Assembly: GCF_009914755.1 (NCBI RefSeq)
Contig: NC_060931.1
Source: the human T2T-CHM13v2.0 reference genome, Homo sapiens
Length of the DNA stretch: 64,000 bases
Direction: 5' to 3' (one strand)
Shown here: piece after piece, positions 30,016 to 44,806 of the stretch
Layout of the letters: every line of letters begins with the position of its first letter
Position numbering within the stretch: the first letter of the stretch is position 1
Position numbers and translations under genes: made by a program
Notes under the pieces: generated by a model
Database searches by the model: none
What the model was told of the DNA's origin: nothing
What the model saw: only the letters and a program-made list of their open reading frames with translations

Positions 30016-30604
30016 TCTCTTTGTTCTTTAATACCATTATTGTATGTATCAATCTGAAAGACACATAAACACATGGTGCTTAATGTTAAAACAATTCTGT
30101 TTGCTAGAGTGATCTCAAATATATTAAGTTTCTAATTCCAAGTAGAATTTCTTGTTCCCCTACTCTAGGCAACACACAGTGTGCTCTTCTGCTTGTATGT
30201 GAATGTACGTGTATGTGACAAAATTTCTGAATTAGATAAAAGTAAACAAGCACAAAATGAATAAGCTTAACATTTGGTAGTTAACTAATGGAAAGGTCAT
30301 ATGAGTGGAGTCCTTATTAACACATCACTGTGTGACCAAGTCTCCTAGGAAGTAAATTAAAGAGATGCTATTCACATACCTGTTGATATGCCTATAAAGC
30401 AAGAACTACAATTTCTTATGCATTGTAATAGTGTCTTTAATATTACATCTCAGTGTTAAAAATTTCTTAATTATTTTCCTAGGCACTATGATGCAGTTCT
30501 ATAGGGAGAAAAAAAAGTCACATTACTCCTCACCTATAAAATGAAAGGAACAGATTAGGATCCCTGGCCAGGTAGTTTAGTGCCATGGTGTTCTCTCTCT
30601 GTCT

Positions 30605-31093
30605 CTGTTTTGTTTTTGTTTTTGTTTTTTTTTTGAGACAAGGTCTTGCTATGTTGCTCAGGCTGGTCTCCAAACTCCTGGGCTCAAGTGATCCTGCCTC
30701 GGCCTCCCAAAGTGCTAGGATTATAGATGTGAACCACTATGCCCCACCTGTGCTGTAGCGTTCTGTGTTTGTGCTGTGAGCCCTGGCTAAGAATTTCTTT
30801 CTTTCTTTTTGAGACAGGGTCTTGCTCTGTTGCCCAGGCTGGAGTGCAGTGGCATGAACACAGCTCCCTGCAACCTTGACCTCCTGGGCTGAAGCTATCC
30901 TGAGTCAGTCTCCCAAGTAGCTGGGACCACAGCTGGTTGCCACTGCACCTGGCTAATTTTTTTTATTTTTTTGGTAGAGACAAGGTCTCCCCATGTTGCC
31001 CAGGCTGGTTTCGAGCTACCTGGGTTCAAGCAATCCTCCTTCCTCGGCATCCCAAAGTGCTAGGATTACAGGCATGAGCCACTGCGCCTGGCC
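30605..31093 (-). mobile_element. Alu monomer (30605-30750) and AluJ-like dimer (30795-31093)
   Basis: Antisense Alu motifs; TSD CTGGCT(A/G)AGAATTTCT around the second element. Confidence 0.87.
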
Positions 31094-32619
31094 TGGCTGA
31101 GAATTTCTATGTTCCTTGCAGTAGCACCTTCCTGTTTATTCCCCCTTCAGTAGACTCTACTCATGTGTACACTTGCAGTTTTGCCATTGCCACTTTCTCT
31201 TGGCGTTTACTCGGGGGAGAAATGCCAGTTTTAGACACTTTTTATGACCAGTTTTATGGTCTTGCTTTGGTGTACCTTTTCCATTACAGCTCCTTTAGTT
31301 CTCTTTTTAAAACTCTTTTTATATGATTCACCTTTCTTTGTCTTAAGGAGAAAACAGGAAAGGTTGGTGCTTACTGCTTATAAAAACATTACCAGCAATG
31401 AATTAACAGACACATAATTCCTTTTTATCAGCATTGTCTCCCAAAGGGAAGGAAACTGTCATAGGTGTACATTTACTTTCTATTCCAGTTGATTTCATAA
31501 GGAAACTGTTATTATAATAGAACAAAAGATTCTTTGGAGTTCCTTTGTCTAGCAAGTTCTAGTGACAAACCTAGGCTTTTTAATTATGCTGTTAGAGTTA
31601 ACTGTTTGAATCAACAATTTTTAGATCACTGGTTTGGAAGACCTCATATAATCTTGTTCTCTTCACAATTACAAACCAGCCATAACACATAATTATCACT
31701 ACTGAGAAATAAATTGTTTTACTATTATCTTTAAAAGTCTCCTTTTTAGTAAAGTTAAGGATACACTGATAATCAGATCTCATTAGAGGCATATTATAAG
31801 TCTTTAGGTGTTATAATTTTAAAAGTTAACTTGGGTATTTGGGGGATTTTTAAAATAATGTGTTAGAAACACCAGTCATACACAAGAAAACACATTGTTT
31901 TTAGCTTTTTAAATGAAAAAATCCAACATATTTTTGGGTGTTCATTAGAAAATTGATTAGCACAAACAAGTTTATGATGTACAGTTTCGCTGTTGCTGTA
32001 ATAAGTGCAAAATTTGTTTTGGATTGGACAGTTGATTCTATGTTTTCTTTCACCTTTGGGAATGGCCCTTACAAATGAGAATGTGTATTTGCGTGTGCAT
32101 GTGTGTGCATATGTGCATCTAGGAGTTGGGCATGAAAATGGGATAGGGCAGTGTCTTGGTTCACTTTTGAAACCATCTGAGTGTGATGGACCTAGAGCAT
32201 TGCCTTTTGTTACAAACGTGTGGAGAATCAGCAACTTACTGCCTGTTGCCTTCAGTTGTATACCACCTTCATTCCCAAGCCTCCTCTTTCCTAAATTGGA
32301 ACAAATTATAGGAGGGAATGTGGACTGCTCTTGAATATGCATAGATGGGGATTGAGGTGAAATATCTGAGAGACAAGTGAGAATGTCTAGATTTAAGTAG
32401 CTGGGTTTGGGAGATAGTGGGAGCTAAGGCTGAATGAGGAAAGTTAGACCAATTTACAGAGGAATGCAAAGCAGAAGAATTTAGAATTGGTGACTTAGTA
32501 AGAAGGGGGTGTTACATTTTTCAAGGCTAGTTTTAATTAGGAAATTTCATATGCTCAGGAAATAATATGGTAGACCCCTGTGAACTCACTGGCTTTATAC
32601 ATTTCACATATGCCAGTGT

Positions 32620-32800
32620 TTTTTTTCTCTCTCTCTTTCGAGATGAGGATTCTCTTTGTTGCCCAGGCTGGAGTGCAGTGGCTATTCCCAAGTGCAGTCA
32701 CAACGCACTGCAGCCCAGGACTCCTGGGCTCAAGCAGTCTGTCTCGGCCTCCCAAGTCCCAGCTACTGTTGAGACTATAGGCACACCACTGAACCCAGCT
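32620..32800 (-). mobile_element. FAM-like fossil Alu monomer
   Basis: GGAGTGCAGTGGCTATTC...CTCCTGGGCTCAAGC, typical of FAM/7SL. Confidence 0.65.
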
Positions 32801-32829
32801 AATCTCTCTTTTAAGAAGTTAAATGTTAC

Positions 32830-35700
<2,871 letters not shown>

Positions 35701-35836
35701 GTTACTTTTCTCTCCTTTAATGAAGCTTTATGTATTCTTTCTATTGTAAGTTTCTCTTCTTTCTCCTACCATTGGGTTTGTTTTATGTGACTCTTTTTTA
35801 AGTTTGCATTTTTAAAAATATGGGTTTTTAAAATAG

Positions 35837-36199
<363 letters not shown>

Positions 36200-37016
36200 C
36201 CCTTTTATCTTTTTAGTCAGTTTAAAATATTTTGTTTTAGTCTCCTTCAGTTAGTTCTGTCATCTCAAGTTCTTGGGAGCTTTTATCCTTCTTTTGTTAT
36301 ATTTGTCATATCTCTCTCATGGTAAATTTTTTTCTTAGTCATTTTGTGATTTTTTGATTGGCAGCAATGTTTTTATTTTTTTCTTTGGGAATCCTGTAAG
36401 GGCTGGGATTTGGAAGGGTCCCTCCTGAGCAAATTTTGGATATGCGTTTATGAGCTTTTCTCCCCCAAATGCCGTCACCTCTTGTAATCAGCTTTTATTT
36501 GAATTGTTTGTCTTGAGGATTCCTGCATGCCTGAGGCAGTGTACTCTTAGACTGCAAGCATGGGCATGATAGGCTCTTGTTTGATAGGCTCGTGTTTCTC
36601 TTTCTTGAAAACTTTTTGAAGAGACTGAAAAGTCTTTGCTCTCTTTCTGGATAGGTTGTTGTGGTTTTTCTCTAACCCCTGACACTGAAAATACAGCTTT
36701 TTGGAGATCCCAGTTATGCAAGGGTCTCAGTTCCACTTCCTAGCTCTGCTATGAAACCTAAATCCTTTCCCGTTAGGGACTGTTCTGATCCAGGAACTCC
36801 TTCCCCACCTGCTCATGGGACCCCACAGCACCAGCTGTATGCTTACAGTTCTAGCTTTCGATTCTCCTTTCATTTCTGACCTGTAGGAATTTCCCATAGT
36901 TTTTCTGTGCTCACTTACGTATTTAAATAAAATGTTACAGTCTTTTCAGTGTTTTAAAATATTTGTAGCTGAAAGGATTCTGTGGTAGCTCAGTTGCCCA
37001 TGTTCCAAGAACCCTC

Positions 37017-37475
37017 TGTGGTGGGCTAAATAACCACACACTCCAAAAAGTCGTTCATATCCTAATCCTTGAAACCTACAAACACGTTACTTTACATAAC
37101 TAAAAGGACTTTGAAGATGTGATTAAATGAAGAATCTTGAGATGGGGAGATTATTCTGGATTATCTGGGTGAGCTTTATGGAATCACACAGGTCCTTGGA
37201 AGAGGGAGGAAAGAGGGTCAGAGTCAAAAAATGATGTGCATATTTGAGGGGTTTGAACATGATATGCTCCTGGCTTTGAAGACAGAGGAAGGGGTTATAT
37301 GCCAAGGAATGCAGAAAACCCTCAGAAACTAGACGAAGCAAGGAAACAGATTCTCCCTCTGGAGCTTTCAGGAGTACAACCTGACCAACACAGCCTCCAG
37401 AACTGTAAGGCAATACATTTGTGTTATTTTAAGCCACTACACTTGTGTTAATTTGCAAAAGCAGCGATAGGAAAC
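37017..37475 (+). mobile_element. MLT1 (MLT1C/D-like) LTR
   Basis: GGACTTTGAAGATGTGATTAAAT...GGAGATTATTCTGGATTATCTGGGT. Confidence 0.78.
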
Positions 37476-38011
37476 CCTCTTTGATGGTTTTAGAGGACTG
37501 CCTGGTAGTGGTAATTAGGGTAGACTGAAAACTATATTGAAGACACAGCAGAATCAACTTGGTGAGGAATGCCCTTGACAGAGGGTTATGTAGAAGGAAG
37601 CAGCCTCTTTTTTGCCTCTATCTGCAGGAAAAGAAAAAAACCAGAACAGAGGTACTTGTGAATATTCTAGATAACATTCTCAATAATAGCATAAAGCCTA
37701 ATCTGAGAACTAAATAGTGTTTTCTCCCCTCTTTTTGGTTGTAGAGATCTTTTCTTTACATTTACATTAATAGATTCTCATTATTAATGAGCCTATTAGT
37801 TGGCAACTGAGTGAGCATTGAAGAGTTTCCTCATTTTGCCGAAACGATGATGCAGATAATGTATTTGCTTTGCGGCGAGGATGCCCATGAGGGTACCAGA
37901 ACACTTCACCCCAGCTACATGATAAGGATTCCACTGATGGTAAAATTCCAGGCAGGTTCTATAACAGTGAGAGGTTCCTGATTTGTCAAACTCCAAATAG
38001 GTGAATTGTTC

Positions 38012-38760
<749 letters not shown>

Positions 38761-38931
38761 AGGGGTCAGCTGGGCTATTCTGTTTATCTGAATTTTTTTG
38801 TGTGTCAGGGGGAGATTATTGTTCTATACTCTTACTCGCCTTATAAAAAATCTTGGGGGGGGGCGGTTAGCAATTATTTGATTATTTGTCCTATTGTAAT
38901 TTTTCATTCTCTTCTATACCGACTTCTAGAG

Positions 38932-39265
38932 CAGGGGTCCGAAAACTACAGCCCACAGCCAGATCCATCTCATTGACTATTTTTGTACAGCCTGCTAACT
39001 TAGAATGGTTTCACATTTTTGAATGTTAAAAAAAAAAAAAAAGGAGGAATGATATTTTGTGATGCATTAAAATTATATGAATTCAAATTTTGGTATGTAT
39101 AAATAGTTATTGGAACACAGCCCTGCCTGCTCATTTGTTTACATATTGTCTGTCACTGCTTTTGTGTACAGGGGCAGAGTTGGGTAGTTGTGGCAGAGAC
39201 CATGTGATCTGCAAAGCCTGATAATAAATATCTGGCCGTTTGCAGAGAAAGTTTGCCAAGCCCTG
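38932..39265. mobile_element. MER58B (hAT-Charlie MITE)
   Basis: CAGGGG...CCCTG termini; 8-bp near-TSD TTCTAGAG/TTCTAATA. Confidence 0.8.
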
Positions 39266-39611
39266 TTCTAATAGGGATGTCTTGTCTCTGGCTTTTAGCA
39301 CATAGCATCAAGTACTTGTCGGTGAATAATTAACTTTTAATTTACTATTTAAGCAGGTGTAACTTTTAATATTCTCATATTTAAGGATTTCAGTAATATA
39401 GTAAGGATGTAGTATAATTCCCAAAAGGATTTAAAGAATCTTTTAAAGATCTTAAAGAACTATGGGGTTAGAAGAATTTTATTAGTAATACTCTTATTCA
39501 TGCTTCTTATCTTTTTTGGCTCTAAGACTTAAAAGATACAATGTAATTCTTCTGGTGAATTTAACTGAATTAGGATATATGCATCACACCCAGGACTTGG
39601 GTGTTGGCAAA

Positions 39612-40021
39612 TGTGATGGTTGATTTTATATGTGAACTTGGCTAGGCTGTGGTGCCCAGTTGTTTGGTCAAGCACTAGTCTAGATGTTGCCGCAAAAATA
39701 TTTGTAGATGTGACTAACATTTACAATCAGTTGACTTTAAATCCTATTACCTTCCATCATGTGAGTGGGCCTTATCCCATCAGTTGAAGACCTTAAGAAC
39801 AAAGATTAAGGTTTTCTGAGGAAGAAGGAATTCTGCTTGAGTTTCCAGCCTGCTGGCCAGCTCTACAAATTTCTGACTTGCCAGTCACGACAATCATGTG
39901 AGCCAATTCTTTAAAATCTCTCTGTCTCTGTTTCACTGTTGGATTTTCACTCAATAGATAGATAGATGTAGATATAGATGTATTTCCTATTGGTTCTGTT
40001 TCTCTGGAAACAGAAGTACAG
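39612..40021 (+). mobile_element. MLT2 (ERVL) solo LTR
   Basis: TGTGATGGTTGATTTTATATGTGAACTTGGCTAGG...TATTGGTTCTGTTTCTCTGGA. Confidence 0.82.
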
Positions 40022-41224
40022 CAAGCTGCTCTGATGTCTTGCACATGTGGCCCATCTTCAGCGTTTGGTACCATGATGCAGCAAGGATGCTAAGCATAGC
40101 CCTCCTGCCACGCATCATCCAGCACTCCTTCTTCCTTCGCACCTCCTTCAGGCTTCTGTCTTTTACAGCTCCTGAAGGGAAATGTGTTAAATTTGAATAC
40201 CACAGAGTCAGAAATAAGCTCACTTGTGAAGGGGCAGAGGACTTTTTCTCAGTCCAAGACTGTTTGAAGTTGTGAGAAGACTGTCAGTGAGTATGATAAA
40301 ATGAAACAGAGGCAAATGGGCCTACTGATAAGGAGCAGTTGGGAAAATGAGAAGGACTAGACGAATTTCTGAGTGGCAAAATTTGTGAAAATTTTTGCCT
40401 CTCCTTGTCCCTCTGAAAAGAAAAGCTTGCTGGGTGTACCAGCTGCAGTGGAGCCCACCAAGTCCATATAACTCTCTAATTTGATTATATTATGCTATAG
40501 ATGGTTCCTTTTATTCTCAAGTTTTGTCTCTTTGGCAAAAAAATACAAAAAAATATTTTCTATGAGTACAAATAGACACTCATGTAGCAGTTTTGCTTGT
40601 ATCTCTACATATGTAAGGTTTACTGTACCAGTAGATGTAAAATTTGCCTGACAAACTATTGTATTACATACGAAAATTTACACATTTGAGCAGAAAAAGA
40701 TGCATTTGAGTAAGTGGTAATTTATTTTTATATTTCTAAGCAAAGTTTATCAGGCTTTTAAATGGTGCTAGAAAATATATTTTTTTATGTTTTGATTTTT
40801 CCTAATTGGGTATTATGCTGTCAGATTGCTCCAGGCAATGGTTGACTCATGATTGAAGATACTGTTTCCTTCCTGTTCAACAACCTGTCCCCCACTCCTC
40901 CCCTAATACCTATGTAAGCTTCATCTTCTATAAGTGAATTACCATCTTTATGTGGCATACTATTTTTAAGTGGGATTTTAAAGAAGTAATATCATTTTGA
41001 CTTTTACAGGTCATAACCACTAGGCATGTGTTCTTCAACCAGTGTTGTTTTATAAATATATGAATAAAACAATTGGCATATCAAAGAATTTCTTTTTGCT
41101 CAGAATACTAGTTCACTTTAAATAGCTAAAGTCTCTTACATTCTTTTTATTCTGCTAAAAGTTTTAATGATCTCTCTATATATGATTTTTAATAAAATAG
41201 ATGATGACATTTAAAGCAGTTAAT

Positions 41225-41570
41225 TTCAGCAGCAATTCTATGAGCAGTTTTTGAGTATTCCCCAGGGACCCGGTCTTGTGATAGATTCTGGGGCTGTATA
41301 GCCAGGTGAAAAGATGTGGGTCCTTACTCTCAAGTTGCTGCCAGTCTTCTGGAGAGACAAGCTTGGAAACACAATGTGTGATGAAGGGAACAAGAGAACC
41401 GTGTTCCAGTAACAGAGATCGGCCCGACAACGGAGGGATTTCTTTAGTCAGCTGGGGACTAGGAGGGCTTCCCAGAGAAAATTACAGTGCATTTGGGCTT
41501 TGAAGGAAAGATAGGTGATGTCCATTTGAAGAGATCAATATGTTGGACCGAGCTTGGCATCTGGAAGTTT
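41225..41570 (-). mobile_element. L2 fragment
   Basis: Decayed L2 3'-end pattern (GGAGGGCTTCCCAGAGAAA...GCTTTGAAGGA). Confidence 0.5.
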
Positions 41571-41900
41571 TTGTGTATGTGATTTCTTCAAAATCTTCAG
41601 TAGCATGCATTTAGGCTCTTAGTAAACAGATGACTTCTGAGGCTCTGTGAGAATTTTGCGTATTATCAGTCTTTTTTTTTCTTTTGCAAGAATAAAGCAC
41701 GCCTGGGGATTAATGTAATTTGTTAAAACAATACTGCCTATTGAGATCTTGTGTGTATTCTTGTATTAAGTTTTAGTGCTTATTTGTAAGAGACTACGTA
41801 GGTGCCTGAAGGATATTGTTGATATTTAATTAACTGGCATTTTCCCCATTCTCTCTCCTCTCTCTCGTCCTCTACCCCTGCCCCCTGGGTGTTTTTGCAG

Positions 41901-42068
41901 TTGGTTAGTCTGCTGCTAATTGGAATTGCTGCGTGGGGCATTGGCTTCGGGCTGATTTCCAGTCTCCGAGTGGTCGGCGTGGTCATTGCAGTGGGCATCT
42001 TCTTGTTCCTGATTGCTTTAGTGGGTCTGATTGGAGCTGTAAAACATCATCAGGTGTTGCTATTTTTT
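41901..42068 (+). CDS. TSPAN13: TSPAN13 exon 2 (LVSLLLIG...KHHQVLLFF, transmembrane segments)
   Basis: Acceptor TTTTTGCAG; 168 nt in frame; followed by U12-type donor GTATCCTTT. Confidence 0.98.
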
Positions 42069-42731
42069 GTATCCTTTTTAAAAATCAAGATTTTACTCTT
42101 GATGACTATTTTGATGGTTACAACTAATTTAATATTATCACTAGGAAATTTATTGCCAGAAAGCAACTCCAAGCAAGCCTTATGCATATTTGTTCAAGAA
42201 CTATTAGAAACATTTCTTAGGGTAATGTTATTGTACGTTTTCATATTCTCACCCTGTCCTTGTGACACCCTGAAGAATATATTCTGCAAGTTCAGTGTAG
42301 TCCTATTTATGTATTGTAAATTCAGAGTTAAATTGAATTGATTTGGTGACTTCTAGGCCCTTTTTTACACATTAATGTTTGGTTGAGAATTTCAGTGTTT
42401 TTTTTAGACTTAATATTAAAAAAGCTTACATGTATTTATCTATACCTATGTCTGTTTTGTAAATGTAAGAATTTTTATTTTATTCTGAATGAAATTCTAA
42501 TCTAGTTTTAGTTATGTAATTATGACTAATATTTTTCTTTATAAATTTGATGCAACTATGTATTACCAAAATAATAATATGTGTATCCTTTTTGAACTTT
42601 CTCTAAGTGCCATCTGTTCTGTATTCTGGGTTAATTACTTCTTGTGCATTCTAAAGTTGTCAGTACCTCTGTACCTCTGTTTTATGCCATTCTAAGAATA
42701 TTTAGAAGTATCCTTAACTTCTAACTCTCAG
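42069..42731 (+). other. TSPAN13: U12-type (minor spliceosome) GT-AG intron, TSPAN13 intron 2
   Basis: 5' end GTATCCTTT; branch-site consensus TCCTTAAC at 42711-42718, 13 nt before the 3' end. Confidence 0.95.
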
Positions 42732-42812
42732 TATATGATTATTCTGTTACTTGTATTTATTGTTCAGTTTTCTGTATCTTGCGCTTGTTTAGCCCTGAAC
42801 CAGGAGCAACAG
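42732..42812 (+). CDS. TSPAN13: TSPAN13 exon 3 ([29 protein letters not shown]3)
   Basis: Preceded by U12 branch site TCCTTAAC and CAG; 81 nt; donor GTAAGC. Confidence 0.97.
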
Positions 42813-42945
42813 GTAAGCTAAGACTTTTTTCTTCTACTTTATTATACCACATAGCATGAGTATGAAAAAAAGGAGGGTAATGATTAGAATATAAAATAAT
42901 TTCGTCTTGCACAGAATGCCACCTTCACTCTGGATAGCAAAACTC

Positions 42946-43035
42946 TCTTGTTCCCTTTGCATTAGTGCAGCAGGTTGGAGCCGGACACCATCAGGTGTTG
43001 CCATTTTCGGTATCTTTTAAATCGGATTTTGCTTT
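42946..43035 (+). pseudogene. Decayed partial duplicate of the TSPAN13 exon-2 3' end and U12 donor (pseudo-exon)
   Basis: About 70-75% identity by manual alignment to 42001-42098, including the 13-mer CATCAGGTGTTGC. Confidence 0.85.
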
Positions 43036-43487
43036 CACTGGGTTAAAAAGTGCTATGGCTAAAAGATGTTCCCCCAATCTTTTCCCACTATTATGCAATG
43101 AAACATTTGCTCCAGAATGCTTGTGGTTCCAGTCTAGCAATGACTGTTTTCAAGCTCTAATTCGTAGACAAATCCAGGTTTCTGTCATGGAGCAACAGAA
43201 CTTTTGCCTTGTTAACACTCCGAGAATTATGCCTTTGAACCAAGTGCTTCTTTTAAATTGCATGTAAATTCTTTTAAATGCATGTAAAAAATTAGGAGTT
43301 TTTCAATCTTGGGATAGAAATAGTGCCTTAATTTTTGCTGCAAACTGAGGAATAAGCCTTTGAAAAGTTTTAAGGATTTTTAAAATAAAAATTATTTTAG
43401 GTACACTTAGTACTAAAAGTTACAGGCTCCAGCTTTATACATTTTCTGCAGGGATGACACATTTTATATATTAAACACATTTACTAG

Positions 43488-43601
43488 GGTCAGCTTCTGG
43501 AGGTTGGTTGGAACAATACGGCAAGTGCTCGAAATGACATCCAGAGAAATCTAAACTGCTGTGGGTTCCGAAGTGTTAACCCAAATGACACCTGTCTGGC
43601 T
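43488..43601 (+). CDS. TSPAN13: TSPAN13 exon 4 (GQLLEVGW...NCCGF...DTCLA; EC2 loop with CCG motif)
   Basis: Tetraspanin CCG signature; acceptor TACTAG; donor GTAAGT; 114 nt. Confidence 0.97.
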
Positions 43602-44007
43602 GTAAGTACATTGTATAATATATGTTTTTGGAAATGTATTACAGATAAATAATGATTAATGTGGAAGAAATGGACTTTCTGATGCTGAATTGTATTTTCA
43701 GGATTATTTTATGTATATATTTACATTATATTTCCATGTCCTCTGTTATATCATTTGCCTGTTCTCAAATACCCACTCCAGAGAGTGTTGAGAATTTCAA
43801 GGCCCTATTGGACACAGATGCTAATGGTTTATTGTCCCTAATTTCTTCCCATCCTTCTCTTCCTAGAACAAGTTGTGAAAGAAATAATAGTACGTCAGTT
43901 CATGTGTTCATATTTTGGGGAAACTCCTGTTATCACATCTCTGAGCCCTAAGCTGAATATTTCCTCAGTGAGGCTTCTTTTGTGAGATTATCTCCTTGTA
44001 GGGGGTC

Positions 44008-44566
44008 TGTGTTATGTTTCTGTTGCTGCGTAACACATTATTACACAGCAATAGAAACACACTGGCTTTAAATATCCATTTAGTGGCTTTAAATACCCAT
44101 TTATTATCTCACAGTTTCCCTGGGTCAGGCTTGGCTGGGTCCTTTGCTCACCTGGCTGAAATCAAGGTGTCATCTGAGGCTGCAGCCTCATCTGAAGCTT
44201 GGGGTCCTCTCCCCACGCTCAGTGGTTGTTGGAAGAATTCAGTCTTTGTGGCTGTGGGACCACCCCTGTTTTTTTGCTGCCTGTTGGCTGGAGGTCTCTC
44301 TCTGCAACTAGAAGCTGCTCTCAGGTCCTATGTTACTCTTTCACAATGTGGCAGCATCAAAGTCACTGTGAGAATCTCTCCATTCTGTTAAGATGGAGTC
44401 TTTTGTAATGCGTAATGGAGTCTTATCTGATGTAAGGTAACATGGAAGTGACTGTCCTATCATATTCACAAGTTCCACGCATACTCAAGAGCAGTGATTG
44501 TATAGGGTGTGTACACCATTGAGAGGGGAGGGTGGGAGTCTTGGGGGCTGTGTTAGAGATTTGCAC
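44008..44566 (-). mobile_element. MLT1 LTR in intron 4
   Basis: TGTTGCTGCGTAACAC...CATTTATTATCTCACAGTTTC. Confidence 0.72.
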
Positions 44567-44692
44567 ACTAAAAAACCAAGGCCTCAAATTGGATATAATA
44601 CTCTTAGACACTAATTTTGTGTGTATGCAGTTTTTATGGGCTTTTTATAAATGTATTTTGAAATAAAGGTTTTTTTACTTTAATTGGTGCAG

Positions 44693-44806
44693 AGCTGTGT
44701 TAAAAGTGACCACTCGTGCTCGCCATGTGCTCCAATCATAGGAGAATATGCTGGAGAGGTTTTGAGATTTGTTGGTGGCATTGGCCTGTTCTTCAGTTTT
44801 ACAGAG
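44693..44806 (+). CDS. TSPAN13: TSPAN13 exon 5 ([12 protein letters not shown]...GLFFSFTE)
   Basis: Acceptor GTGCAG; donor GTATGT; 114 nt; EC2 cysteines and start of TM4. Confidence 0.97.

Noticed and set aside
31863-32342. Overlapping 159-aa and 109-aa ORFs in intron 1
   Set aside because: No recognisable domain, splice structure or promoter; consistent with chance
41889-42341. 150-aa hydrophobic ORF
   Set aside because: Exon 2 read through into intron 2; relevant only as the stop-terminated intron-retention product
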